Origin: Eledone cirrhosa
Lineage: Eukaryota
Direction of reading: 5' to 3'
Length of the DNA: 64,000 nucleotides
NCBI GenBank assembly: GCA_964016885.1
Contig: OZ024741.1
Location: 415,400,001 to 415,464,000 of the forward strand
Under the pieces are notes generated by a model. That model made no database searches. It saw nothing but the letters and a program-made list of their open reading frames with translations, and was not told where the DNA came from. The translations under genes were made by a program, and so were the position numbers. This document shows positions 41,301 through 55,800 of this stretch, in pieces. Numbering within the stretch: the first letter of the stretch is position 1; every line of letters starts with the position of its first letter.

Positions 41301-44300
41301 AGTTACCAACCTGGTCAACACTTACCAGGACTATTACCTACAGTTGTCTTAACTCTTTAGTTACAAACCTGGTCAACACTGACCAGGACTATTACCTACA
41401 GGTGTCTTAACCCTTTAGTTACTAACCTGGTCAACACTGACCAGGACTATTACCTACAGTTGTCCTAACCCTTTAGTTACCAATCTGGTCAACACTAACC
41501 AGGACTATTATCTACAGTTGTCTTAACCCTTTAGTTACCAACCTGGTCAACACTTACCAGGACTATTACCTACAGTTGTCTTAACCCTTTAGTTACCAAC
41601 CTGGTCAACACTAACCAGGACTATTACTTACAGTTGTCTTAATCCTTTAGTTACCAGTCTGGTCAACACTAACCAGGACTATTACCTACAGTTGTCTTAA
41701 CACTTTAGTTACCAATCTGGTCAACACTGACCAGGACTATTACCTACAGTTCTCTTAACCCTTTAGTTACCAGCCCGGTCAACACTGACCAGCACTATTA
41801 TCTACAGTTGTCTTAACCCTTTGGTTACCAACCTGGTCAACACTGACGAGCACTATTATTTACAGTTGTCTTAACCCTTTAGTTACCAACCTGGTCAACA
41901 CTGACCAGGACTATTACCTACAGTTGTCTTAACCCTTTAGTTACCAACCTGGTCAACACTGACCAGAACTATTAGCTACTGTTGTCTTAACCCTTTAGTT
42001 ACCAACCTGGTCAACACTAACCTGGACTATTACCTACAGTTGTCTTAACCCTTTAGTTACCAACCTGGTCAACACTTACCAGGACTATTACCTACAGTTG
42101 TCTTAACCCTTTAGTTACAAACCTGGTCAACAATAACCAGGACTATTACCTACAGTTGTCTTAACCCTTTAGTTACCAACCTGGTCAACACTGACCAGGA
42201 CTATTACCTACAGTTGTCTTAACCCTTTAGTTACTAACCTGGTCAACACTGACCAGGACTATTACCTACAGTTGTCCTAACCCTTTAGTTACCAATCTGG
42301 TCAACACTAGCCAGGACTATTATCTACAGTTGTCTTAACCCTTTAGTTACCAACCTGGTCAACACTTACCAGGACTATTACCTACAGTTGTCTTAACCCT
42401 TTAGTTACCAACCTGGTCAACACTTACCAGGACTATTACCTACAGTTGTCTTAACCCTTTAGTTACAAACCTGGTCAACACTGACCAGGACTATTAGCTA
42501 CAGGTGTCTTAACCCTTTAGTTACCAGCCTGGTCAACACTGACCAGGACTATTACCTACAGTTGTCTTAACCCTTTCCTTACCAACCTGGTCAACACTGA
42601 CCAGAACTATTAGCTACAGTTGTCTTAACCCTTTAGTTACCAACCTGGTCAACACTAACCAGGACTATTACCTACAGTTGTCTTAACCCTTTAGTTACCA
42701 ACCTGGTCAACACTTACCAGGACTATTACCTACAGTTGTCTTAACCCTTTAGTTACAAACCTGGTCAACAATAACCAGGACTATTACCTACAGTTGTCTT
42801 AACCCTTTAGTTACCAACCTGGTCAACACTGACCAGGACTATTACCTACAGTTGTCTTAACCCTTTAGTTACTAACCTGGTCAACACTGACCAGCACTAT
42901 TATCTACAGTTGTAACACTTTAGTTACCAACCTGGTCAACACTTACCAGGACTATTACCTACAGTTGTCTTAACCCTTTAGTTACCAACCTGGTCAACAC
43001 GGACCAGGACTATTACCTACAGTTGTCGTAACCCTTTAGTTACCAACCCAGTCAACACTAACCAGGACTATTACCTACAGTTGTCTTAACCCTTTAGTTA
43101 CCAACCTAGTCAACACTAACCAGGACTATTATCTACATTTTTCTTAACCGTTTAGTTACCAACCTGGTCAACACTGACCAGGACTATTACCTACAGTTGT
43201 CTTAACCCTTTAGTTACCAACCTGGTCAACACTGACCTGGACTATTACCTACAGTTGTCTTAAACCTTTAGTTTCCAACCTGGTCAACACTGACCAGGAA
43301 TATTACCTGCAGTTGTCTTAACCCTTTAGTTACCAACCTGGTCAACACTGACCAGGACTATTGCCTAAAGTTGTCTTAACCCTTTAGTTAAGTTACCAAC
43401 CTGGTCAATACTGACCAGAACTATTACCTACAGTTGTCTTAACCCTTTAGTTACCAACCTGGTCAACACTGACCAGGACTATTACCTACAGTTGTCTTGA
43501 CTCTTTAGTTTCCAACCTGGTCAACACTGACCAGGACTATTACCTACAGTTGTCTTAACCCTTTAGTTACCAGTCTGGTCAACCCTGACCAGCACTATTA
43601 TCTACAGTTGTCTTAACACTTTAGTTACCACTCTGGTCAACACTGACCAGCACTATTATCTACAGTTGTCTTGACCCTTTATTTGCCAGTCTGGTCAACA
43701 CTGACCAGGACTATTACCTACAGTTGTCGTAACACTTTAGTTATCAACCTAGTCAACACTAACCAGGACTATTATCTACAGTTGTCGTAACACTTTAGTT
43801 ACCAAATTGGTCAACACTTACCAGGACTATTACCTACAGTTGTCTTAACCCTTTAGTTACCAACCTAGTCAACACTAACCAGGACTATTAACTACAGTTC
43901 TCTTAACCCTTTAGTTACCAGTCTGGTCAACACTGACCAGCACTATTATCTACAGTTGTCTTAACCCTTTGGTTACCAACCTGGTCAACACTAACCAGGA
44001 CTATTATCTACAGTTGTCGTAACACTTTAGTTACCAACCTGGTCAACACTTACCAGGACTATTACCTACAGTTGTCTTAACACTTTAGTTACCAACCTGG
44101 TCAACACTTACCAGGACTATTACCTACAGTTGTCTTAACCCTTTAGTTACAAACCTGGTCAATAATAACCAGGACTATTACCTACAGTTGTCTTAACCCT
44201 TTAGTTACCAACCTGGTCAAGACTGACCAGGACTATTACCTACAGTTGTCTTAACCCTTTAGTTACTAACCTGGTCAACACTGACCAGGACTATTACCTA

Positions 44301-47300
44301 CAGTTGTCCTAACCCTTTAGTTACCAATCTGGTCAACACTAACCAGGACTATTATCTACAGTTGTCTTAACCCTTTAGTTACCAACCTGGTCAAAACTTA
44401 CCAGGACTATTACCTACAGTTGTCTTAACCCTTTAGTTACCAACCTGGTCAACACTAACCAGGACTATTACCTACAGTTGTCTTAACCCTTTAGTTACCA
44501 GTCTGGTCAACACTAACCAGGACTATTACCTACAGTTGTCTTAACACTTTAGTTACCAATCTGGTCAACACTGACCAGGACTATTACCTACAGTTCTCTT
44601 GACCCTTTAGTTACCAGCCTGGTCAACACTGACCAGCACTATTATCTACAGTTGTCTTAACCCTTTGGTTACCAACCTGGTCAACACTGACCAGCACTAT
44701 TATGTACAGTTGTCGTAACCCTTTAGTTACCAACCTGGTCAACACTGACCAGGACTATTACCTACAGTTGTCTTAACCCTTTAGTTACCAACCTGGTCAA
44801 CACTGACCAGAACTATTAGCTACAGTTGTCTTAACCCTTTAGTTACCAACCTGGTCAACACTAACCAGGACTATTACCTACAGTTGTCTTAACCCTTTAG
44901 TTACCAACCTGGTCAACACTTACCAGGACTATTACCTACAGTTGTCTTAACCCTTTAGTTACAAACCTTTTCAACAATAACCAGGACTATTACCTACAGT
45001 TGTCTTAACCCTTTAGTTACCAACCTGGTCAACACTGACCAGAACTATTACCTACAGTTGTCTTAACCCTTTAGTTACTAACCTGGTCAACACTGACCAG
45101 GACTATTACCTACAGTTGTCTTAACCCTTTAGTTCCCAACCTGGTCAACACTTACCAGGACTATTACCTACAGTTGTCTTAACCCTTTAGTTACCAACCT
45201 GGTCAACACTAACCAGGACTATTACCTACAGTTGTCTTAACCCTTTAGTTACCAACCTGGTCAACACTAACCAGGACTATTACCTACAGTTGTCTTAACA
45301 CTTTAGTTACCAATCTGGTCAACACTGACCAGGACTATTACCTACAGTTCTCTTAACCCTTTAGTTACCAGCCTGGTCAACACTGACCAGCACTATTATC
45401 TACAGTTGTCTTAACCCTTTGGTTACCAACCTGGTCAACACTGACCAGCACTATTATCTACAGTTGTCGTAACCCTTTAGTTACCAACCTGGTCAACACT
45501 AACCAGGACTATTACCTACAGTTGTCTTAACCCTTTAGTTACCAACCTGGTCAACACTGACCAGAACTATTAGCTACAGTTGTCTTAACCCTTTAGTTAC
45601 CAACCTAGTCAACACTAACCAGGACTATTACCTACAGTTGTCTTAACCCTTTAGTTACCAACCTGGTCAACACTTACCAGGACTATTACCTACAGTTGTC
45701 TTAACCCTTTAGTTACAAACCTGGTCAACAATAACCAGGACTATTACCTACAGTTGTCTTAACCCTTTAGTTACCAACCTGGTCAACACTGACCAGGACT
45801 TACCTACAGTTGTCTTAACCCTTTAGTTACTAACCTGGTCAACACTGACCAGGACTATTACCTACAGTTGTCTTAACCCTTTAGTTACCAACCTGGTCAA
45901 CACTTACCAGGACTATTACCTACAGTTGTCTTAACCCTTTAGTTACCAACCTGGTCAACACTAACCAGGACTATTACCTACAGTTGTCTTAACCCTTTAG
46001 TTACCTGTCTGGTCAACACTAACCAGGACTATTACCTAGAGTTGTCTTAACACTTTAGTTACCAATCTGGTCAACACTGACCAGGACTATTACCTACAGT
46101 TCTCTTAACCCTTTAGTTACCAGCCTGGTCAACACTGACCAGCACTATTATCTACAGTTGTCTTAACCCTTTGGTTACCAACCTGGTCAACACTGACCAG
46201 CACTATTATCTACAGTTGTCGTAACCCTTTAGTTACCAACCTGGTCAACACTGACCAGGACTATTACCTACAGTTGTCTTAACCCTTTAGTTACCAACCT
46301 GGTCAACACTAACCAGGACTATTACCTACAGTTGTCTTAACCCTTTAGTTACCAACCTGGTCAACACTTACCAGGACTATTACCTACTGTTGTCTTAACC
46401 CTTTAGTTACAAACCTGGTCAACAATAACCAGGACTATTACCTACAGTTGTCTTAACCCTTTAGTTACCAACCTGGTCAACACTGACCAGGACTATTACC
46501 TACAGTTGTCTTAACCCTTTAGTTACTAACCTGGTCAACACTGACCAGGACTATTACCTACAGTTGTCCTAACCCTTTAGTTACCAATCTGGTCAACACT
46601 AGCCAGGACTATTATCTACAGTTGTCTTAACCCTTTAGTTACCAACCTGGTCAACACTTACCAGGACTATTACCTACAGTTGTCTTAACCCTTTAGTTAC
46701 CAACCTGGTCAACACTTACCAGGACTATTACCTACAGTTGTCTTAACCCTTTAGATACAAACCTGGTCAACACTGACCAGGACTATTAGCTACAGGTGTC
46801 TTAACCCTTTAGTTACTAACCTGGTCAACACTGACCAGGACTATTACCTACAGTTGTCCTAACCCTTTAGTTACCAATCTGGTCAACACTAACCAGAACT
46901 ATTATCTACAGTTGTCTTAACCCTTTAGTTACCAACCTGGTCAACACTTACCAGGACTATTACCTACAGTTGCCTTAACCCTTTAGTTACCAACCTGGTC
47001 AACACTAACCAGGACTATTACCTACAGTTGTCTTAATCCTTTAGTTACCAGTCTGGTCAACACTAACCAGGACTATTACCTACAGTTGTCTTAACAATTT
47101 AGTTACCAATCTGGTCAACACTGACCAGGACTATTACCTACAGTTCTCTTAACCCTTTAGTTACCAGCCCGGTCAACACTGACCAGCACTATTATCTACA
47201 GTTGTCTTAACCCTTTGGTTACCAACCTGGTCAACACTGACCAGCACTATTATGTACAGTTGTCTTAACCCTTTAGTTACCAACCTGGTCAACACTGACC

Positions 47301-50300
47301 AGGACTATTACCTACAGTTGTCTTAACCCTTTAGTTACCAACCTGCTCAACACTGACCAGAACTATTAGCTACAGTTGTCTTAACCCTTTAGTTACCAAC
47401 CTGGTCAACACTAACCAGGACTATTACCTACAGTTGTCTTAACCCTTTAGTTACCAACCTGGTCAACACTTACCAGGACTATTACCTACAGTTGTCTTAA
47501 CCCTTTAGTTACAAACCTGGTCAACAATAACCAGGACTATTACCTACAGTTGTCTTAACCCTTTAGTTACCAACCTGGTCAACACTGACCAGGACTATTA
47601 CCTACAGTTGTCTTAACCCTTTAGTTACTAACCTGGTCAACACTGACCAGGACTACTACCTACAGTTGTCTTAACCCTTTAGTTACCAACCTGGTCAACA
47701 CTTACCAGGACTATTACCTACAGTTGTCTTAACCCTTTAGTTACCAACCTGGTCAACACTAACCAGGACTATTACCTACACTTGTCTTAACCCTTTAGTT
47801 ACCAGTCTGGTCAACACTAACCAGGACTATTACCTACAGTTGTCTTAACACTTTAGTTACCAATCTGGTCAACACTGACCAGGACTATTACCTACAGTTC
47901 TCTTAACCCTTTAGTTACCAGCCTGGTCAACACTGACCAGCACTATTATCTACAGTTGTCTTAACACTTTGGTTACCAACCTGGTCAACACTGACCAGCA
48001 CTATTATCTACAGTTGTCGTAACCCTTTAGTTACCAACCTGGTCAACACTGACCAGGACTATTACCTACAGTTGTCTTAACCCTTTAGTTACCAACCTGG
48101 TCAACACTTACCAGGACTATTACCTACAGTTGTCTTAACCCTTTAGTTACCAACCTGCTCAACACTAACCAGGACTATTACCTACACTTGTCTTAACCCT
48201 TTAGTTACCAGTCTGGTCAACACTAACCAGGACTATTACCTACAGTTGTCTTAACCCTTTAGTTACAAACCTGGTCAACAATAACCAGGACTATTACCTA
48301 CAGTTGTCTTAACCCTTTAGTTACCAACCTGGTCAACACTGACCAGGACTATTACCTACAGTTGTCTTAACCCTTTAGTTACTAACCTGGTCAACACTGA
48401 CCAGGACTATTACCTAGAGTTGTCCTAACCCTTTAGTTACCAATCTGGTCAACACTAACCAGGACTATTATCTACAGTTGTCTTAACCCTTTAGTTACCA
48501 ACCTGGTCAACACTAACCAGGACTATTACCTACAGTTGTCTTAACCCTTTAGTTACCAGTCTGGTCAACACTAACCAGGACTATTACCTACAGTTGTCTT
48601 AACACTTTAGTTACCAATCTGGTCAACACTGACCAGGACTATTACCTACAGTTCTCTTAACCCTTTAGTTACCAGCCTGGTCAACACTGACCAGCACTAT
48701 TATCTACAGTGTCTTAACCCTTTGGTTACCAACCTGGTCAACACTGACCAGCACTATTATGTACAGTTGTCGTAACCCTTTAGTTACCAACCTGGTCAAC
48801 ACTGACCAGGACTATTACCTACAGTTGTCTTAACCCTTTAGTTACCAACCTGGTCAACACTGACCAGAACTATTAGCTACAGTTGTCTTAACCCTTTAGT
48901 TACCATCCTGGTCAACACTAACCAGGACTATTACCTACAATTGTCTTAACCCTTTAGTTACCAACCTGGTCAACACTTACCAGGACTATTACCTACAGTT
49001 GTCTTAACCCTTTAGTTACAAACCTGGTCAACAATAACCAGGACTATTACCTACAGTTGTCTTAACCCTTTAGTTACCAACCTGGTCAACACTGACCAGG
49101 ACTATTACCTACAGTTGTCTTAACCCTTTAGTTACTAACCTGGTCAACACTGACCAGGACTATTACCTACAGTTGTCTTAACCCTTTAGTTACCAACCTG
49201 GTCAACACTTACCAGGACTATTACCTACAGTTGTCTTAACCCTTTAGTTACCAGTCTGGTCAACACTAACCAGGACTATTACCTACAGTTGTCTTAACCC
49301 TTTAGTTACCAGTCTGGTCAACACTAACCAGGACTATTACCTACAGTTGTCTTAACACTTTAGTTACCAATCTGGTCAACACTGACCAGGACTATTACCT
49401 ACAGTTCTCTTAATCCTTTAGTTACCAGCCTGGTCAACACTGACCAGCACTATTATCTACAGTTGTCTTAACCCTTTGGTTACCAACCTGGTCAACACTG
49501 ACCAGCACTATTATCTACAGTTGTCGTAACCCTTTAGTTACCAACCTGGTCAACACTGACCAGGACTATTACCTACAGTTGTCTTAACCCTTTAGTTACC
49601 AACCTGGTCAACACTAACCAGGACTATTACCTACAGTTGTCTTAACCCTTTAGTTACCAACCTGGTCAACACTTACCAGGACTATTACCTACAGTTGTCT
49701 TAACCCTTTAGTTACAAACCTGGTCAACAATAACCAGGACTATTACCTACAGTTGTCTTAACCCTTTAGTTACCAACCTGGTCAACACTGACCAGGACTA
49801 TTACCTACAGTTGTCTTAACCCTTTAGTTACTAACCTGGTCAACACTGACCAGGACTATTACCTACAGTTGTCCTAACCCTTTAGTTACCAATCTGGTCA
49901 ACACTAACCAGGACTATTATCTACAGTTGTCTTAACCCTTTAGTTACCAACGTGGTCAACACTTACCAGGACTATTACCTACAGTTGTCTTAACCCTTTA
50001 GTTACCAACCTGGTCAACACTTACCAGGACTATTACCTACAGTTGTCTTAACTCTTTAGTTACAAACCTGGTCAACACTGACCAGGACTATTACCTACAG
50101 GTGTCTTAACCCTTTAGTTACTAACCTGGTCAACACTGACCAGGACTATTACCTACAGTTGTCCTAACCCTTTAGTTACCAATCTGGTCAACACTAACCA
50201 GGACTATTATCTACAGTTGTCTTAACCCTTTAGTTACCAACCTGGTCAACACTTACCAGGACTATTACCTACAGTTGTCTTAACCCTTTAGTTACCAACC

Positions 50301-52849
50301 TGGTCAACACTAACCAGGACTATTACTTACAGTTGTCTTAATCCTTTAGTTACCAGTCTGGTCAACACTAACCAGGACTATTACCTACAGTTGTCTTAAC
50401 ACTTTAGTTACCAATCTGGTCAACACTGACCAGGACTATTACCTACAGTTCTCTTAACCCTTTAGTTACCAGCCCGGTCAACACTGACCAGCACTATTAT
50501 CTACAGTTGTCTTAACCCTTTGGTTACCAACCTGGTCAACACTGACGAGCACTATTATTTACAGTTGTCTTAACCCTTTAGTTACCAACCTGGTCAACAC
50601 TGACCAGGACTATTACCTACAGTTGTCTTAACCCTTTAGTTACCAACCTGGTCAACACTGACCAGAACTATTAGCTACTGTTGTCTTAACCCTTTAGTTA
50701 CCAACCTGGTCAACACTAACCTGGACTATTACCTACAGTTGTCTTAACCCTTTAGTTACCAACCTGGTCAACACTTACCAGGACTATTACCTACAGTTGT
50801 CTTAACCCTTTAGTTACAAACCTGGTCAACAATAACCAGGACTATTACCTACAGTTGTCTTAACCCTTTAGTTACCAACCTGGTCAACACTGACCAGGAC
50901 TATTACCTACAGTTGTCTTAACCCTTTAGTTACTAACCTGGTCAACACTGACCAGGACTATTACCTACAGTTGTCCTAACCCTTTAGTTACCAATCTGGT
51001 CAACACTAGCCAGGACTATTATCTACAGTTGTCTTAACCCTTTAGTTACCAACCTGGTCAACACTTACCAGGACTATTACCTACAGTTGTCTTAACCCTT
51101 TAGTTACCAACCTGGTCAACACTTACCAGGACTATTACCTACAGTTGTCTTAACCCTTTAGTTACAAACCTGGTCAACACTGACCAGGACTATTAGCTAC
51201 AGGTGTCTTAACCCTTTAGTTACCAGCCTGGTCAACACTGACCAGGACTATTACCTACAGTTGTCTTAACCCTTTCCTTACCAACCTGGTCAACACTGAC
51301 CAGAACTATTAGCTACAGTTGTCTTAACCCTTTAGTTACCAACCTGGTCAACACTAACCAGGACTATTACCTACAGTTGTCTTAACCCTTTAGTTACCAA
51401 CCTGGTCAACACTTACCAGGACTATTACCTACAGTTGTCTTAACCCTTTAGTTACAAACCTGGTCAACAATAACCAGGACTATTACCTACAGTTGTCTTA
51501 ACCCTTTAGTTACCAACCTGGTCAACACTGACCAGGACTATTACCTACAGTTGTCTTAACCCTTTAGTTACTAACCTGGTCAACACTGACCAGCACTATT
51601 ATCTACAGTTGTAACACTTTAGTTACCAACCTGGTCAACACTTACCAGGACTATTACCTACAGTTGTCTTAACCCTTTAGTTACCAACCTGGTCAACACG
51701 GACCAGGACTATTACCTACAGTTGTCGTAACCCTTTAGTTACCAACCCAGTCAACACTAACCAGGACTATTACCTACAGTTGTCTTAACCCTTTAGTTAC
51801 CAACCTAGTCAACACTAACCAGGACTATTATCTACATTTTTCTTAACCGTTTAGTTACCAACCTGGTCAACACTGACCAGGACTATTACCTACAGTTGTC
51901 TTAACCCTTTAGTTACCAACCTGGTCAACACTGACCTGGACTATTACCTACAGTTGTCTTAAACCTTTAGTTTCCAACCTGGTCAACACTGACCAGGAAT
52001 ATTACCTGCAGTTGTCTTAACCCTTTAGTTACCAACCTGGTCAACACTGACCAGGACTATTGCCTAAAGTTGTCTTAACCCTTTAGTTAAGTTACCAACC
52101 TGGTCAATACTGACCAGAACTATTACCTACAGTTGTCTTAACCCTTTAGTTACCAACCTGGTCAACACTGACCAGGACTATTACCTACAGTTGTCTTGAC
52201 TCTTTAGTTTCCAACCTGGTCAACACTGACCAGGACTATTACCTACAGTTGTCTTAACCCTTTAGTTACCAGTCTGGTCAACCCTGACCAGCACTATTAT
52301 CTACAGTTGTCTTAACACTTTAGTTACCACTCTGGTCAACACTGACCAGCACTATTATCTACAGTTGTCTTGACCCTTTATTTGCCAGTCTGGTCAACAC
52401 TGACCAGGACTATTACCTACAGTTGTCGTAACACTTTAGTTATCAACCTAGTCAACACTAACCAGGACTATTATCTACAGTTGTCGTAACACTTTAGTTA
52501 CCAAATTGGTCAACACTTACCAGGACTATTACCTACAGTTGTCTTAACCCTTTAGTTACCAACCTAGTCAACACTAACCAGGACTATTAACTACAGTTCT
52601 CTTAACCCTTTAGTTACCAGTCTGGTCAACACTGACCAGCACTATTATCTACAGTTGTCTTAACCCTTTGGTTACCAACCTGGTCAACACTAACCAGGAC
52701 TATTATCTACAGTTGTCGTAACACTTTAGTTACCAACCTGGTCAACACTTACCAGGACTATTACCTACAGTTGTCTTAACACTTTAGTTACCAACCTGGT
52801 CAACACTTACCAGGACTATTACCTACAGTTGTCTTAACCCTTTAGTTAC
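35384..52849. repeat. Tandem duplication with period 8,699 bp (150 monomers)
   Basis: Rare markers paired at exactly 8,699: CAATAATAAC 35461/44160; TGACCC after TTCTCT 35901/44600; AAACCTTTTC 36264/44963; AGGACTTACC 37096/45795; ATACAAAC 38056/46755; ACAGTGTC 40007/48706; CCTTTCCTTA 42572/51271; AGTTA duplication 43382/52081. Confidence 0.92.
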
Positions 52850-55800
52850 CAACCTGGTCAACACGGACCAGGACTATTATGTACAGTTGTCGTAACCCTT
52901 TAGTTACCAACCCAGTCAACACTAACCAGGACTATTACCTACAGTTGTGTTAACCCTTTAGTTACCAACCTAGTCAACACTAACCAGGACAATTAACTAC
53001 AGTTGTCTTAACCCTTTAGTTACCAACCTGGTCAACATTGACCAGGACTATTACCTACAGTTGTCTTAACCCTTTAGTTACCAACCCAGTCAACACTAAC
53101 CAGGATGATTAAATACAGTTCTCTTAACCCTTTAGTTACCAACCTGGTCAACACTGACCAGCACTATTATCTACAGTTGTCTTAAGCCTTTAGTTAACTG
53201 TCTGGTCAACACTGACCAGCACTATTATCTACAGTTGTCTTAACCCTTTAGTTACCAGTCTAGTCAACACTGACCAGCACTATTATCTACAGTTGTAACA
53301 CTTTAGTTACCAACCTGGTCAACACTTACCAGGACTATTACCTAGAGTTGTCTTAACCCTTTAGTTACCAACCTGGTCAACACTAACCTGGACTATTACC
53401 TACAGTTGTGTTAACCCTTTAGTTACCAACCTGGTCAACACTAACCAGGACTATTACCTACAGTTGTCTTAACACTTTAGTTACCAACCTGGTCAACACT
53501 AACCAGGACTATTACCTACAGTTGTCTTAACCCTTTAGTTACCAACCTGGTCAACACTTACCAGGACTATAACCTATAGTTCTCTTAACCCTTTAGTTAC
53601 CAGTCTGGTCAACACTGACCAGCACTATTATCTACAGTTGTCTTAACCCTTTGGTTACCAACCTGGTCAACACTGACCAGCACTATTATCTACAGTTGTC
53701 GTAACCCTTTAGTTACCAACCTGGTCAACACTGACCAGGACTATTACCTACAGTTGTCCTAACCCTTTAGTTACAAACCTGGTCAACACTGACCAGGACT
53801 ATTACCTAAAGTTGTCTTAACCCTTTAGTTACCAGTCTGGTCAACCCTGACCAGCACTATTATCTACAGTTGTCTTAACCCTTTAGTTACCAGTCTGGTC
53901 AACACTAACCAGGACTATTACCTACAGTTGTCTTAACCCTTTAGTTACCAACCTGGTCAAAACTAACCAGGACTATTATGTACAGTTGTGTTAACCCTTT
54001 AGTTACCAATCTGGTCAACACTAACCAGGACTATTACCTACAGTTGTCTTAAATTTTAGTTTCCAACCTGGTCAACACTAACCAGGACTATTACCTACAG
54101 TTTTCTTAACCCTTTAGTTACCAACCTGGTCAACACTGACCAGGACTATTACCTACAGTTGTCCTAACCCTTTAGTTACAAACCTGGTCAACACTGACCA
54201 GGACTATTAACTACAGTTGTCTTAACCCTTTAGTTACCAGCCCAGTCAACACTAACCAGGACTATTACCTACAGTTGTCTTAACCCTTTAGTTACCAGTC
54301 TGGTCAACCCTGACCAGCACTATTATCTACAGTTGTCTTAACCCTTTAGTTACCAGTCTGGTCAACACTGACCAGCACTATTATCTACAGTTGTCTTGAC
54401 CCTTTAGTTACCAGTCTGGTCAACACTGACCAGGACTATTACCTACAGTTGTCGTAACACTTTAGTTATCAACCTAGTCAACACTAACCAGGACTATTAT
54501 CTACAGTTGTAACACTTTAGTTACCAACCTGGTCAACACTTACCAGGACTATTACCTACAGTTGTCTTAACACTTTAGTTACCAGCCTGGTCAACACTTA
54601 CCAGGACTATTACCTACAGTTGTCTTAACCCTTTAGTTACCAACCTAGTCAACACTAACCAGGACTATTAACTACAGTTTTCTTAACCCTTTAGTTACCA
54701 ACCTGGTCAACACTGACCAGCACTATTATCTACAGTTGTCGTAACCCTTTAGTTACCAACCTGGTCAACACTGACCAGGACTATTACCTACAGTTGTCTT
54801 AACCGTTTAGTTACCAATCTGGTCAACACTAACCAGGACTATTACCTACAGTTGTCTTAACCCTTTAGTTACCAACCTGGTCAACACTGACCAGGAATAT
54901 TACCTGCAGTTGTCTTAACCCTTTAGTTACCAACCTGGTCAACACTGACCAGCACTATTATCTACAGTTGTCTTAAGCCTTTAGTTAACAGTCTGGTCAA
55001 CACTGACCAGCACTATTATCTACAGTTGTCTTAACACTTTAGTTACCAACCTGGTCAACACTTACCAGGACTATTACCTACAGTTGTCTTAACCCTTTAG
55101 TTACCAACCTGGTCAACAATAACCAGGACTATTACCTACAGTTGTCTTAACCCTTTAGTTACCAACCTAGTCAACACTGACCAGGACTATTACCTACAGT
55201 TGTCTTAACCCTTTAGTTACTAACCTGGTCAACACTGACCAGGACTATTACCTACAGTTGTCTTAACCCTTTAGTTACCAGTCTGGTCAACACTAACCAG
55301 GACTATTACCTACAGTTGTCTTAACCCTTTAGTTACCAGTCTGGTCAACACTAACCAGGACTATTACCTACAGTTGTCTTAACACTTTAGTTACCAACCT
55401 GGTCAACACTAACCAGGACTATTACCTACAGTTGTCTTAACCCTTTAGTTACCAACCTGGTCAACACTTACCAGGACTATTACCTACAGTTCTCTTAACC
55501 CTTTAGTTACCAGTCTGGTCAACACTGACCAGCACTATTATCTACAGTTGTCTTAACCCTTTGGTTACCAACCTGGTCAACACTGGCCAGCACTATTATC
55601 TACAGTTGTCGTAACCCTTTAGTTACCAACCTGGTCAACACTGACCAGGACTATTACCTACAGTTGTCTTAACCCTTTAGTTACCAACCTGGTCAACACT
55701 GACCAGAACTATTACCTACAGTTGTCTTAACCCTTTAGTTACCAACCTGGTCAACACTAACCAGGACTATTACCTACAGTTGTCTTAACCCTTTAGTTAC

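Larger units (their letters stand above)
1..51600. repeat. Homogeneous domain organised as a ~13-monomer (754-bp) higher-order repeat with 12-18-mer length variants, interrupted by diverged islands
   Basis: Variant AGTTCTCT recurs at 227, 980, 1966, 2720, 3590, 4344, 5096, 6024, 6778, 7532, 8285 (spacings 753, 986, 754, 870, 754, 752, 928, 754, 754, 753), typically within the same ordered series of variant monomers. Confidence 0.9.
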
